64,000 bases of DNA from an uncultured Gemmatimonadales bacterium (GCA_963771275.1 CAVYSW010000009.1:288001-352000); one strand, 5' to 3'. Positions 44,168 to 56,374 are shown, numbered from the stretch's first letter. Program-made: numbers and translations. The notes: generated by a model not told the origin, from the letters alone.

Positions 44168-45481
44168 CTACGGTTGGTCGGTTGGCAGCTTGAGGGCCTG
44201 GATGAGCTTCGTGGACCCGCCCTTGATCGGCTCGTTCAGGTCCGCCGGCTCGAAGAACGCGCGGACGTCGCCGAATCGTAGCAGCGCGCCCGGAGCAAGC
44301 GGCACCTCTCCGGCGACGCGCTCGCCGTCGGCGAACGTGCCGTTGGTGGAGTCGAGGTCCACCAGCACCCAGATGCCCTCACGACGCTGGAGCTTGGCAT
44401 GCGTCGTGGACACGCTGTCGTCCGGCAACACGATGTCGTTGTAGTCCGCCCGGCCGACGTTGACCACCGGCGTCCGGATCGGGACGCGCTGGCCCTTCAG
44501 CACCCCGCTCCGGATCACGACGTGGGCGAGCGGGCCGGTCGGGCCCCTGGGGCCCGGCGGCGCGGGGGCCGGGCCACCGCCCGACGCCGCCGGCACCGAT
44601 GGACCGGGCGCGGGAGCGGCCGGCGGCCGCGGGACCGGGGGCGGCGCCGGATGCCTCGGCCCCGCGGCGACTGGCGGCACCGCGGGCCCGGGTGGTGGGA
44701 CGGGAGGCCTGGGCGGCGCGCCGGCCGGTCGCACCCCCCGGACGCCGAGCAGCGTGTCCGCCAGGCGACGCAGCGCGCCCTGCGACCCGCGCGGCTCGGC
44801 GGCGGGCGGCGCCGACCCGGCGGCCTGGGGGCTGGCGTCCGCGTAGAACCGGAATTCGTTGTCCCCGATCCGGATCACGTCCGCCCGTGACAGGGCGAGC
44901 TGCCCGCTCACGCGCTGCCCGTTGACGAACGTGCCGTTGGTACTGCTGTCCACGATGAGGTAGCCGCTCGGCGTGCCGACCACCTCCGCGTGGCGGCGCG
45001 ACACATCCTTGTTCGTCACCACCACGTCGCACGCGGCGTCGCGGCCGATCACCACCGAGTCGGCCACGAGATACTCGCGTCCGTCGGTCAGACTGACCAG
45101 CCGTCCACCGGTGGTCGCCGTCGGGGCGCGCGCCGCCGCCCCCGGCGCGCCACCCTGGCCCGGCGTCAGGACCGGCATGTACTGCGTGCTCCCGCTGCGC
45201 CGCTCGTCGACGAACAGCAGCTCGTGTCCGCCGATCTCGATCTTGTCGCCGTGCAGCAGCGGGCTCGGCTGCGCGCCAAGCCGGACCCCGTTCACGAGGA
45301 TCTCCGCGCGCGCGTCCGCGCGACGGATGGCCACCTGCCCGTCCCCTCCGACCTGGAGCACGGCGTGTCGCGGCGCGACCAACATGCCGGTCAACACGAA
45401 TCGCGAGCCGGGATCGCTGCCGATCGCCGACTCGCCCGGCGCGATCGCCAGACGCTGACCCCCGATTTCCAGAAACGCCAT
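44168..45481 (-). CDS. Triple-FHA domain protein with a Pro-rich linker
   Basis: FHA1 degenerate (IGSDP..VAPRHA); FHA2 IGRD..VSRRHA..STNGTFVNG; FHA3 VGRA..VSTTHA..STNGTF. Confidence 0.9.
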   Translation of the reverse strand: MAFLEIGGQRLAIAPGESAIGSDPGSRFVLTGMLVAPRHAVLQVGGDGQVAIRRADARAEILVNGVRLGAQPSPLLHGDKIEIGGHELLFVDERRSGSTQYMPVLTPGQGGAPGAAARAPTATTGGRLVSLTDGREYLVADSVVIGRDAACDVVVTNKDVSRRHAEVVGTPSGYLIVDSSTNGTFVNGQRVSGQLALSRADVIRIGDNEFRFYADASPQAAGSAPPAAEPRGSQGALRRLADTLLGVRGVRPAGAPPRPPVPPPGPAVPPVAAGPRHPAPPPVPRPPAAPAPGPSVPAASGGGPAPAPPGPRGPTGPLAHVVIRSGVLKGQRVPIRTPVVNVGRADYNDIVLPDDSVSTTHAKLQRREGIWVLVDLDSTNGTFADGERVAGEVPLAPGALLRFGDVRAFFEPADLNEPIKGGSTKLIQALKLPTDQP

Positions 45482-45555
45482 GTGCCTCGTGCCCGGTTGG
45501 CTCCGCCCTGACCGGAAAAGCTAGTGACCGCCCAAACGAGGGGCAACCGAACCGC

Positions 45556-46623
45556 CTACCCCGTGTTGAGCATCGCCTCCTTGGACTCCGCTCCCTTCAG
45601 CCAGTGCCAGAAGATCACCGATCCGAACCCGACGGTGAGGTAGCAGACGGTGAGCCGCCACAGCAGGATGTACGACGGCGTGAGCGCCCGCGGCACGTAG
45701 ATCGACATCACCGCGGCCGACAGCAGCTCGGCCAGCCCCGATCCGCCGGGCGTCGGGGCGAAGTACAGCAGGAAGGTGATCAGCGTCTGGAGCAGCAGCA
45801 CGTCGACGAACGGCGCGTGGATCCCCAGCATCTTCAGGACCACGAACCCGGCCAGCAGCTTGTTGGCGTGCGCCGCGCCCGACAGCAGCACGCTCGTGCC
45901 AATCGCAAGCCAGCCGCGGGGGCCGGCAAAGCGCGCCAGCGCGGCATGCGCCTGATCCACGCCCGCCTCGAGGTCTCGCAGGTGCCCCGCCCATGCCTGC
46001 CTGCCGCGCCGCTCGAGCCACCCGCCCATCCGCCGCACCAGTCGGCGTGCCAGACTCGGGAACATGATCAGCACCACGATCATCAATCCGACCGTCACGA
46101 ACCCCCCCAGACTCAGCCGGAACAGATCGTACAGGTCGATCCCGCTGCCGAGGACCCCATGGCGGGCGAGGGACCGGCCCGCGCCGAAGAAGATCGCGAG
46201 CGGGCCGGCGACGGCGAAGAACACGATCGTCGCCAGGAACGTCATCAGGCTCGCCACCATCGCTTCGGGCAGCGGGGTGCCGTACCGCTTGAGCGTGTAG
46301 ATCATCAGCGGCCCGCCGCCCGTCTGCGACGGCGTGAGGTAGCTGGCCCACGTGTTGAGGCCGCCGGCGAGAATGGCACCCGTGAGGGACTGCGGGCGGT
46401 ACGTGTGACGGGCGAGGACGAACAGCCGGAGCCCCCCGCCAAACCAGTCGAGCGAGGCCAGGCCCACTCCGACCAGCACCCACCCGAAGTGCACCGTCAC
46501 CATCGCGGTGAGGAACCGCTCGAAGTTGTTCCCGTAGAGCAGCAGCCCCGCGAACCCGAGCAGCGAGATCGCGGCGAAGATCTCGAGCCCGCGGCGGAGC
46601 AAGCGGGGGTTGAGCAGCGCCAT
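45556..46623 (-). CDS. Lysylphosphatidylglycerol synthase TM-domain (flippase-like, UPF0104) membrane protein
   Basis: TPSQTGGGP, PTPGGSGLAE, LLWRLTVCY; multiple TM segments. Confidence 0.85.
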   Translation of the reverse strand: MALLNPRLLRRGLEIFAAISLLGFAGLLLYGNNFERFLTAMVTVHFGWVLVGVGLASLDWFGGGLRLFVLARHTYRPQSLTGAILAGGLNTWASYLTPSQTGGGPLMIYTLKRYGTPLPEAMVASLMTFLATIVFFAVAGPLAIFFGAGRSLARHGVLGSGIDLYDLFRLSLGGFVTVGLMIVVLIMFPSLARRLVRRMGGWLERRGRQAWAGHLRDLEAGVDQAHAALARFAGPRGWLAIGTSVLLSGAAHANKLLAGFVVLKMLGIHAPFVDVLLLQTLITFLLYFAPTPGGSGLAELLSAAVMSIYVPRALTPSYILLWRLTVCYLTVGFGSVIFWHWLKGAESKEAMLNTG

Positions 46624-46700
46624 GAGGCGCCAACCTACGCCCGGAAGACGGTTCCGGCAACGCCTTGTTGCGCCGAGCGGGGCCCGGCTATGCTTCCCGC

Positions 46701-49555
<2,855 letters not shown>

Positions 49556-49559
<4 letters not shown>

Positions 49560-50740
49560 CGCCACTTGAGGAGACGGCGCTCGTGACCGCGATTCCGTGG
49601 CACCGCCGCTGGGCCATCGGCCGGAACCGCTACGACTTCGTCGAGCTGGCCGGCGCCTTCGGTGATCTCGGCACCTTGATCCCGTTCGTGGTCGGCTACA
49701 TCGCCGTCGCCCACGTCGACCCGCTGGGCATCTTGTTCGGGTTCGGCCTGTGCCAGATCCTGGTCGGCCTCTACTACAAGACCCCGATCCCCGTGCAGCC
49801 CATGAAAGCCATCGGCGGCGCGGCCATCGCCACCGGCGCCGCGATCAGCCCCGGCATGATCTGGGGCGCAGGCCTGTTCACCGGCCTGTTCTGGCTCCTG
49901 GCCGGTGCCACCGGGACGGTCAATCTGGCGACCCGGCTCGCCGCGAAGCCGATCGTGCTGGGCATCGTGCTCGGCCTGGGGCTGCTGTTCATGCGCGAAG
50001 GCATCGCGCTGATGCTGGTAACCCCTTGGCTCGCCGGTCTCGGGCTGATCGTCACGCTCCTGCTGCTCACCCACGGGCGCGTCCCGGCGATGTTCGCCCT
50101 GCTGGTCCTGGGCACCGTGGCCGCGTTTCTGCTCGATCCGGCCGGCATGAGACACGTCCTCGCAATGCGGCCCGCCCTCCGCCTGCCCGACTTCAGCTTC
50201 GGCCGGATGACCTGGAGCGACTTCCTGGCCGGGACGGTCGTGCTCGCCATTCCGCAGCTGCCCCTCACCATCGGCAACGCCGTGATTGCGATCCGGGTCG
50301 AGAACAACGAGCTGTTCCCCGAGCGCCCCGTGAGCGACCGCATGATGGCGGTCTCTCAGGGACTCCTGAACCTGCTCGCGGCGCCGTTCGGCGGCGTCCC
50401 GCTCTGTCACGGCGCCGGCGGCATGGCCGGCCACGTGCGGTTCGGCGCCCGCACCGGCGGCTCTTTGGTCATGCTGGGCGGCATCCTGCTGGCGCTCGCC
50501 CTTTTCTTCAGTCACGCGGTGGGGCTCCTGTTCCAGGTCTTCCCCAAGGCCGTGCTGGGCGTGATCCTGTTCTTCGCCGGGACCGAGCTGGCCATCATGG
50601 TGCGCGACATCGGCAACAAGAAGGAGGACGCGTACGTGATGCTGGTGGTCGCCGCCTTCGCGATGTGGAACATGGGCGCCGCGTTCCTGGCGGGCATCCT
50701 GCTGCACCAGGCCCTGCAGCGTCGCTGGCTCCGGATCTAG
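49556..50740 (+). CDS. Putative molybdate/sulfate transporter (MOT1-type)
   Basis: ELAGAFGDLGTLIP, PIPVQPMKAI, PQLPLTIGNA, PLCHGAGGMAGHVRFGARTG. Confidence 0.88.
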
Positions 50741-50823
50741 CTCGGTACGAACCCCTGCGAGCCTCGCTTGCCGGGGCCGCGTGACGGGATTACAATCGAG
50801 TCGGCGCGCCGCGCCGCGCCCAT

Positions 50824-50896
50824 TCCGGAGTAGCTCAGCTGGTAGAGCAGGCGGCTGTTAACCGCCGGGTCGGGGGTTCGAGTCCCTCCTCCGGAG
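50824..50896 (+). tRNA. tRNA-Asn (GTT); CCA not encoded
   Basis: Acceptor stem TCCGGAG/CTCCGGA plus G discriminator; D-arm GCTCAGCTGGTAGAGC; anticodon loop CTGTTAA; T-loop GGTTCGAGTCC; upstream -10 TACAAT (50791). Confidence 0.97.
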
Positions 50897-50904
50897 TCCT
50901 GCCC

Positions 50905-50947
50905 AGGCACCTGGTTCGCCGGCGGCGAACCAAGGTGCCTCTGTTTG
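50905..50947 (+). terminator. Long hairpin after tRNA-Asn (terminator or processing site)
   Basis: AGGCACCTGGTTCGCC-GGC-GGCGAACCA(A)GGTGCCT followed by CTGTTTG. Confidence 0.7.
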
Positions 50948-50957
50948 AGAGTGAGGC

Positions 50958-53036
50958 ATGACCATTCTCGCGAAGCTCCAGCAGGCCCTGCGCACGCAGC
51001 TGGCTAAACGGACGCCGGCCGAGAATGCCTACCTCCTCCTCATCCCCACCATTGGCGTCCTGACCGGCGTCGCCGCGGTCTCGATCGCCCACCTGATGGC
51101 CCTGCTCCAGCACCGGCTGTGGGGCGGCGGGGACAGTCTGCTGGCGAGCGCCATGGCCGCTCCCTGGTGGCGGCGGCTGCTGATTCCCACGCTCGGTGGC
51201 GCGGCGGTCGGGCTCGTGGCCTGGCTGGTGAAGCGGGAGGTGCGCGGCGGCGGGACGGCTGCCCTGGTCCACGCCCTCGCGCTGCGCGGCGGTCACATCT
51301 CGTTCCGCGAGGAACTGCCGGGGGTCTTCGCCGGCATGCTCACCGTGTCGTCCGGCGGCTCGCTCGGTCGCGAGGGCCCGATGATCGACTTCGCGGCCGC
51401 GCTGGGGTCGCGGTTGGGCCGCCTGTTCTCGCTGAGCACGCAGCAGGTCCAGGTGTTGGTGTGTTGCGGGACGGCGGCGGCGATCTCGGCCGTCTACAAC
51501 GCGCCCATCGGCGGCACGATTCTGGTGATGGAGATCCTGATCGGCCGGTTCGCCCTCGAGATCTTCGGGCCGGTGGTGATCGCCTCGGTCCTCTCGACGC
51601 TGATCTTCCGCGGCGCCATGGGCAACCTGCCCCGCTTCGTGATCCCGGCCTACGAGCTGGTCTCGCCCTGGGAGCTGCTCGGCTACCTCGCGCTCGGCGT
51701 GCTGTGCGGGGCCTTCGCCGTCTTGACGATCAAGGGCATCGCGTGGGTGGACGACGCCTTTCGCAAGCTGCGGCGTGTCGGCTGGGCACAGCCCGCCATC
51801 GGCTTCGCGCTGCTGGGCGCCATCGGCGTCGCGTTCCCCTATGTGTACGGCAACGGCTACGAAGCGGTCAACCTGGCGCTCCACGAGCAGCTGCCGTTCA
51901 CCCTGCTACTGGTTCTGCCCTTCGTGAAGCTGCTGGCCACGGCGATCACGCGCGGCAGCGGCGGGTCGGGCGGGATCTTCACGCCGACGTTGATGTTGGG
52001 GGCGTTTCTGGGCGGCGCGTTCGGGTACGCGGTGCATAGCTGGTTCCCCGCCCATACGGCCGAGTACGGCGCGTACTCGCTGGTCGGGATGGGCGCCGTG
52101 CTGGCCGGCGTCACGCACGCCCCGATCATGGCGATCATGATGATCTTCGAGCAGACCAACTCGTACCCGATCATTCTCCCGCTGATGCTCGTCTGCATCG
52201 TCAGCAACTTCGTGGCGCGGCGGATCAAGCGCGAGCCGCTGCATCTCGATGCCCTGCGCCGGCGCGGCGTCGTGCTGCCCACCGGCCCGGAGGCCGCCGT
52301 GATGAAATCGCTCCGGGTGGCCGACGTGATGCACGATGACGTGGAGGCGGTCGACGAGCGCGATTCGTTCAGCAAGGTGGTCGAGTACTTCCTCTCGAGG
52401 CCGCGCAGCCTGCTCTTCGTCGTCGATGACGAGCGACGCTTTGTGGGAACCATCTCCCTCCATGCCATCAAGGACGTGTTGGCCGCGGGCGTGGGTCTCG
52501 AAGTCGTGATCGCGGCCGATCTGGCCGAGCCGTTCGAGGTGGTGACGCCGAACGAGTCGCTGGCCGACGTGATGGAGCGGTTCTGGCGCCAGCGCGCCGA
52601 GCGCCTGCCGGTGCTCCAGGACGCGGAGTCGCGCAAACTCATCGGATGGGTGTCCCAGCGCGACCTGATCGGGATCTACAGCCAGGAGATCCTGCAGAAG
52701 GGGCAGCTGCTCGCGCGCTTCACGGTGCCCGACGCGGCGGGCGAGGAGCGCGGCACCTACGTCGAGCTGCCCACGGGCGTGGCGATCCGGACGCTCATCG
52801 TCCCCTCCGCGTTCGACGGCCGGACCATCGGCGATATCGCGGCCCGCTCCGCGTTCGGCGTGCACATCCTCCAGATCGCGCGCCACGATCCGGTTCGCGG
52901 CATGCGCAGCACTGAGCTGCCCGGCTCGGGCTCCGTCCTCCGCGCGCACGACCGGCTCATGGTCATCGGCCCGCGCCAGGGCCTCGTGCAGCTCCAACGG
53001 GCACTCCACGCCGAAACCGAGGAGCCCCACCTGTGA
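50958..53036 (+). CDS. ClC-family anion channel/transporter with a CBS pair and a C-terminal TrkA-C-like domain
   Basis: GSLGREGP, YNAPIGG, SGGSGGIFTP, FEQT; CBS repeats; terminal GRTIGDI..GVHILQI..DRLMVIG. Confidence 0.93.
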   Translation: MTILAKLQQALRTQLAKRTPAENAYLLLIPTIGVLTGVAAVSIAHLMALLQHRLWGGGDSLLASAMAAPWWRRLLIPTLGGAAVGLVAWLVKREVRGGGTAALVHALALRGGHISFREELPGVFAGMLTVSSGGSLGREGPMIDFAAALGSRLGRLFSLSTQQVQVLVCCGTAAAISAVYNAPIGGTILVMEILIGRFALEIFGPVVIASVLSTLIFRGAMGNLPRFVIPAYELVSPWELLGYLALGVLCGAFAVLTIKGIAWVDDAFRKLRRVGWAQPAIGFALLGAIGVAFPYVYGNGYEAVNLALHEQLPFTLLLVLPFVKLLATAITRGSGGSGGIFTPTLMLGAFLGGAFGYAVHSWFPAHTAEYGAYSLVGMGAVLAGVTHAPIMAIMMIFEQTNSYPIILPLMLVCIVSNFVARRIKREPLHLDALRRRGVVLPTGPEAAVMKSLRVADVMHDDVEAVDERDSFSKVVEYFLSRPRSLLFVVDDERRFVGTISLHAIKDVLAAGVGLEVVIAADLAEPFEVVTPNESLADVMERFWRQRAERLPVLQDAESRKLIGWVSQRDLIGIYSQEILQKGQLLARFTVPDAAGEERGTYVELPTGVAIRTLIVPSAFDGRTIGDIAARSAFGVHILQIARHDPVRGMRSTELPGSGSVLRAHDRLMVIGPRQGLVQLQRALHAETEEPHL

Positions 53037-53211
53037 TATCCATGGCTGGCATCCCCGGCGGCACCAGGGGTTCCCCCGGCGCCGGGCGCCCGATACCTTA
53101 TACCATCATCCAGCTCGGAATTCCCGGTCCAGCCCGGACCGCGCAGTCTTGTCGTGCCACGCGGCCGCTCGGCAGAGCCCCGCTTCGGATCCCTCGCATA
53201 GCGCAGCCGTA

Positions 53212-54231
53212 ATGCCCGGAGGCTCTTTGTCATCCCACGAGCCGGACTTCACGCACTCCTCCCTCCCCGAGCCCCATCACGGTCGCACCAAGACGATTCT
53301 GCGCCAGCATCCCGAAATCCGCGGGCTGATCGGCAAGAACCCCGCGACCTTCTGGCTCGCGCTCGGGATCGTAGTCCTCCAGATCGCCGTCGCCTACCTG
53401 GTGCGCGCCCAGCCCTGGTGGGTCGTGGTCGCGGTGGCGTATCTCGTGGGCGCGTTCGCCAACCACACGCTGTTCGTCGTGATTCACGAGTGCACGCACA
53501 AGCTGGTCTTTCGCCGGACGACGCCCAACATCCTCGCCGGACTCTTGGCGAACCTGCCGCTCGCGGTCCCCGCCTCCGTCTCGTTCACCAAGTACCACCT
53601 CAAGCACCACACGTATCAGGGCGTCTACGCGCTCGACGGCGACCTGCCCAGTCTGTGGGAAGCGCGCCTCGTGGGTCGCTCGCCGTGGCGCAAGGCGCTG
53701 TGGCTCGCCCTGTTCCCCGTGGTCGAGGGGCTCCGCCCGCTGCGTCTCAAGGAGATTCCCTTTTGGGACGGCTGGTTGGTCGTCAACACCGTCTTGCAGC
53801 TCGCGTTCGACGTGGCCGTCTTCGTGGTGCTCGGGCCCGCAGCGCTTGCGTACCTGGTGCTCTCATTGTTCTTCGGCATCGGCCTGCATCCGGTGGGCGC
53901 ACGCTGGATCCAGCGACACTTCCTCGTGGGGAGTGAGGAGCAGGAGACGTACAGCTACTATGGACCGCTGAACCGCATCGCGCTCAACGTGGGCTACCAC
54001 AACGAGCACCACGACTTCCCCTCGGTGCCGTGGAACCGCCTGCCGGACGTCCGCCGCGCCGCGCCGGAGTCGTACGAGTCGCTGAAGCATCACATGTCCT
54101 GGACCCGCCTGTTGTTCCGCTTCCTGTTCGACCGGGAGATCACGCTCTACTCGCGCATGGTCCGCACGAATCGCGACGCGGGCGCCCCTGCGGACGCCGG
54201 CGTCGAGCGCGAGGCACCGGTCGCGAGGTAG
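53212..54231 (+). CDS. Membrane fatty-acid desaturase, sphingolipid delta-4 desaturase (DES1/DEGS)-like
   Basis: His boxes HECTH, HLKHH and HNEHH; N-terminal EPHHGRTKTILRQHPEI; QETYSYYGPLN. Start ATG 53212 or TTG 53227. Confidence 0.88.
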   Translation: MPGGSLSSHEPDFTHSSLPEPHHGRTKTILRQHPEIRGLIGKNPATFWLALGIVVLQIAVAYLVRAQPWWVVVAVAYLVGAFANHTLFVVIHECTHKLVFRRTTPNILAGLLANLPLAVPASVSFTKYHLKHHTYQGVYALDGDLPSLWEARLVGRSPWRKALWLALFPVVEGLRPLRLKEIPFWDGWLVVNTVLQLAFDVAVFVVLGPAALAYLVLSLFFGIGLHPVGARWIQRHFLVGSEEQETYSYYGPLNRIALNVGYHNEHHDFPSVPWNRLPDVRRAAPESYESLKHHMSWTRLLFRFLFDREITLYSRMVRTNRDAGAPADAGVEREAPVAR

Positions 54232-54241
54232 GGACGCGGAC

Positions 54242-54270
54242 GCGGGCGGCTCCCTCCGGGAGCCGCCCGC
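54242..54270. terminator. Hairpin between the convergent desaturase and Hsp20 genes
   Basis: GCGGGCGGCTCCC-TCC-GGGAGCCGCCCGC (13-bp perfect stem); no U-tract. Confidence 0.6.
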
Positions 54271-54288
54271 AGGTCGTGGATCCGGCGG

Positions 54289-54747
54289 CTACTTCGTCCT
54301 GATCTCGACGCGCCGCGGCCTGGCCGCCTCGGCTTTGGGCAGCGCCACCGTGAGCAGGCCGTTCTCGAACCGCGCGCCGATGGCATCCGCTTTCACCGTG
54401 CGCGGCAGCGTGAAGCTCCGCTCGAAGCGGCCACAGCGCCGCTCCACCAGATGGTACTCGGCGTCGGCGTCGCCCTCGGACACCTCCTGCTTCTTCTCCC
54501 CCGCGATCGTGAGGATGTTGTTCTCGACGTTCACCTCGACATCCCCAGCGGCCAGACCGGGAAGCTCGGCAAGGACCTCGATCGTGTCGGCCGTCTCCCG
54601 CACGTCTACCACCGGGACCCACGGGCCGGCCACCGAGCCAGCCTGCGTGAAGAACCGGTCGAACACCCGGTCGACTTCCCGCCGCGTCGTGAACAGATCG
54701 CTCCACAGGGAAGGCGTCTCAGAACGCCAAAGAGTCGGGAAAGCCAT
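54289..54747 (-). CDS. Hsp20/alpha-crystallin small heat-shock protein
   Basis: SD AGGAGG, ATG 54747; WVPVVDVRE, AELPG, ERRCGRFERSFTLP, FENGLLTVALPK. Confidence 0.96.
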   Translation of the reverse strand: MAFPTLWRSETPSLWSDLFTTRREVDRVFDRFFTQAGSVAGPWVPVVDVRETADTIEVLAELPGLAAGDVEVNVENNILTIAGEKKQEVSEGDADAEYHLVERRCGRFERSFTLPRTVKADAIGARFENGLLTVALPKAEAARPRRVEIRTK

Positions 54748-54841
54748 ATCACCCTCCTGCTGATGCCTCAGCGTGCTGCGCTCCAGTCCGAGCGCCGTGT
54801 CCAGCCGGCCAACCCCGCGTCGGCCGTTCTGCCGCGTCACG

Positions 54842-54858
54842 TTGCAGAGCCCGTGCCG
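54842..54858 (-). promoter_or_regulatory. Putative sigma54 promoter of the Hsp20 gene
   Basis: Minus strand CGGCACGGGCTCTGCAA (GG-N10-GC). A partial IHF-like ACAATCACTTG lies at 54899-54909. Confidence 0.55.
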
Positions 54859-55019
54859 TTCCGGCATGCCAGAATTGCATGTCACATCTGCCTATGGGAC
54901 AATCACTTGGGTCGTTTTGGCCGACCTGCTCCCTACGCTCCAGCCGGGTGGTCGGTCGCCTGCCACCGCGGTATCTTCATCACCTGATTGGCCCCGTCCC
55001 TGCCGGCTTCGGAGGTCGC

Positions 55020-56366
55020 ATGAATCCGATCGCAGTCCTGTTCGCCCTTACGCTGACCGCTCCACTCCTTGCCCAGGCCCCCCCGGCATCCCCCCCACTC
55101 GGTACGCTGCGTGAGCAGGCGGCATTGCAGCAGACCTGGCTCAAGGAGCGGCTCGAAACCGTATTGCCGGCGGTCATGCGACGGCATGCGGTGGACATGT
55201 GGGTCATCGCAATGCGGGAATACAACGAGGATCCGGTGTTCCCGGCGCTCGTGTCTCCCACGACGTTCGCCGCACGGCGCCGCACGATCTACGTGTTCTT
55301 CGATCGCGGGCCGGAGCGCGGGCTCGAGCGCATTGCGCTCGGCGGCGCCTCGCAGGGCGGGCTGTACGACGTCGTGCGGGAGACGGAGCTGGCACCCGAC
55401 GGACGGCCGCGCGAGCTATGGGGGCCGGCGCAGTGGCAACTGTTCGCCCGCGTCGTACGCGAGCGGAACCCGCAGCGCATCGCCGTCGATATTTCCCGGG
55501 ACTTCAATTTCGCCGACGGGTTGAGCGCCGGTGAGTGGGAGCAGCTGCAGGCCGCTCTCGGCCCCGACCTGGTCGCGCGGGTCGTCCGCGAGGACCGGCT
55601 CGCCACCGACTACCTGTCCCTTCGGGTCGGCGCGATGCTCCCCACCTACCGCCGGATGCAGGAGATCGCGCACGAGATCATCGGCGTGGCGTTCTCGAGC
55701 GCGGTGATCACGCCCGGCGTCACGACGACCGAGGACGTGGTGTGGTGGATGCGCCAGCGCCTGCTCGAGCTCGGCCTCGGCACGTGGTTCCAGCCGGACG
55801 TCGACGTCCAGCGCCGCGGCGTGGACATGAGCGACTCGGCCGGCCCGGTCATTCAGCGCGGCGACGTCCTGCACTGCGATTTCGGGATCACCGCCCTGGG
55901 TCTCAACACCGACACGCAGCACATGGGATATGTGCTGCGCGACGGCGAGATCGAGCCGCCCGCCGGCCTGCGCCAGGCGTTCGCCAACAGCAACCGGCTG
56001 CAGGACCTCGTCCTGACCGCCGCGAAACCCGGCCTGACCGGTAATCAGGTGCTCGCCGACGCGCTCGCACGGATGCGCGAAGCGGGGATCGACGGCACCG
56101 TCTACAGCCATCCGGTCGGCGACCACGGGCATGCCGCCGGTCCGCTGATCGGCCTGTGGGACCGCCAGGACGGCGTGCCGGCGCGCGGCGACATCCCGCT
56201 GCTCCCCGGCACGTGGTTTTCGATCGAGCTGCAGGCAACGACCCCCATCCCCGAATGGGGTGGCCAGAAAGTGCGCTCGATGCAGGAAGAAGACGCGGAG
56301 CTGCCGCCGACCGGCGCGATGCGCTGGATCCTCCAGCGCCAGACGGCGTTCCACCTGGTGCGCTAG
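55020..56366 (+). CDS. Secreted M24-family (Xaa-Pro aminopeptidase-like) metallopeptidase
   Basis: SD GGAGG, signal peptide; HCDFG..NTDTQH, SHPVGDHGH, SIE, EED ligand pattern. Confidence 0.85.
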   Translation: MNPIAVLFALTLTAPLLAQAPPASPPLGTLREQAALQQTWLKERLETVLPAVMRRHAVDMWVIAMREYNEDPVFPALVSPTTFAARRRTIYVFFDRGPERGLERIALGGASQGGLYDVVRETELAPDGRPRELWGPAQWQLFARVVRERNPQRIAVDISRDFNFADGLSAGEWEQLQAALGPDLVARVVREDRLATDYLSLRVGAMLPTYRRMQEIAHEIIGVAFSSAVITPGVTTTEDVVWWMRQRLLELGLGTWFQPDVDVQRRGVDMSDSAGPVIQRGDVLHCDFGITALGLNTDTQHMGYVLRDGEIEPPAGLRQAFANSNRLQDLVLTAAKPGLTGNQVLADALARMREAGIDGTVYSHPVGDHGHAAGPLIGLWDRQDGVPARGDIPLLPGTWFSIELQATTPIPEWGGQKVRSMQEEDAELPPTGAMRWILQRQTAFHLVR

Positions 56367-56374
56367 GTCCGTCC

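Noticed and set aside
46641..46671. LexA/SOS box upstream of uvrA (CCGGAA-N5-TTCCGG; GCAAC-N5-GTTGC)
   Set aside because: These are short inverted repeats that match neither GAAC-N4-GTTC nor CTGT-N8-ACAG, and are plausible by chance.
50824..56366. Genomic island integrated at tRNA-Asn
   Set aside because: No integrase, no duplicated tRNA 3' end seen, and the flanking genes look like ordinary chromosomal genes.
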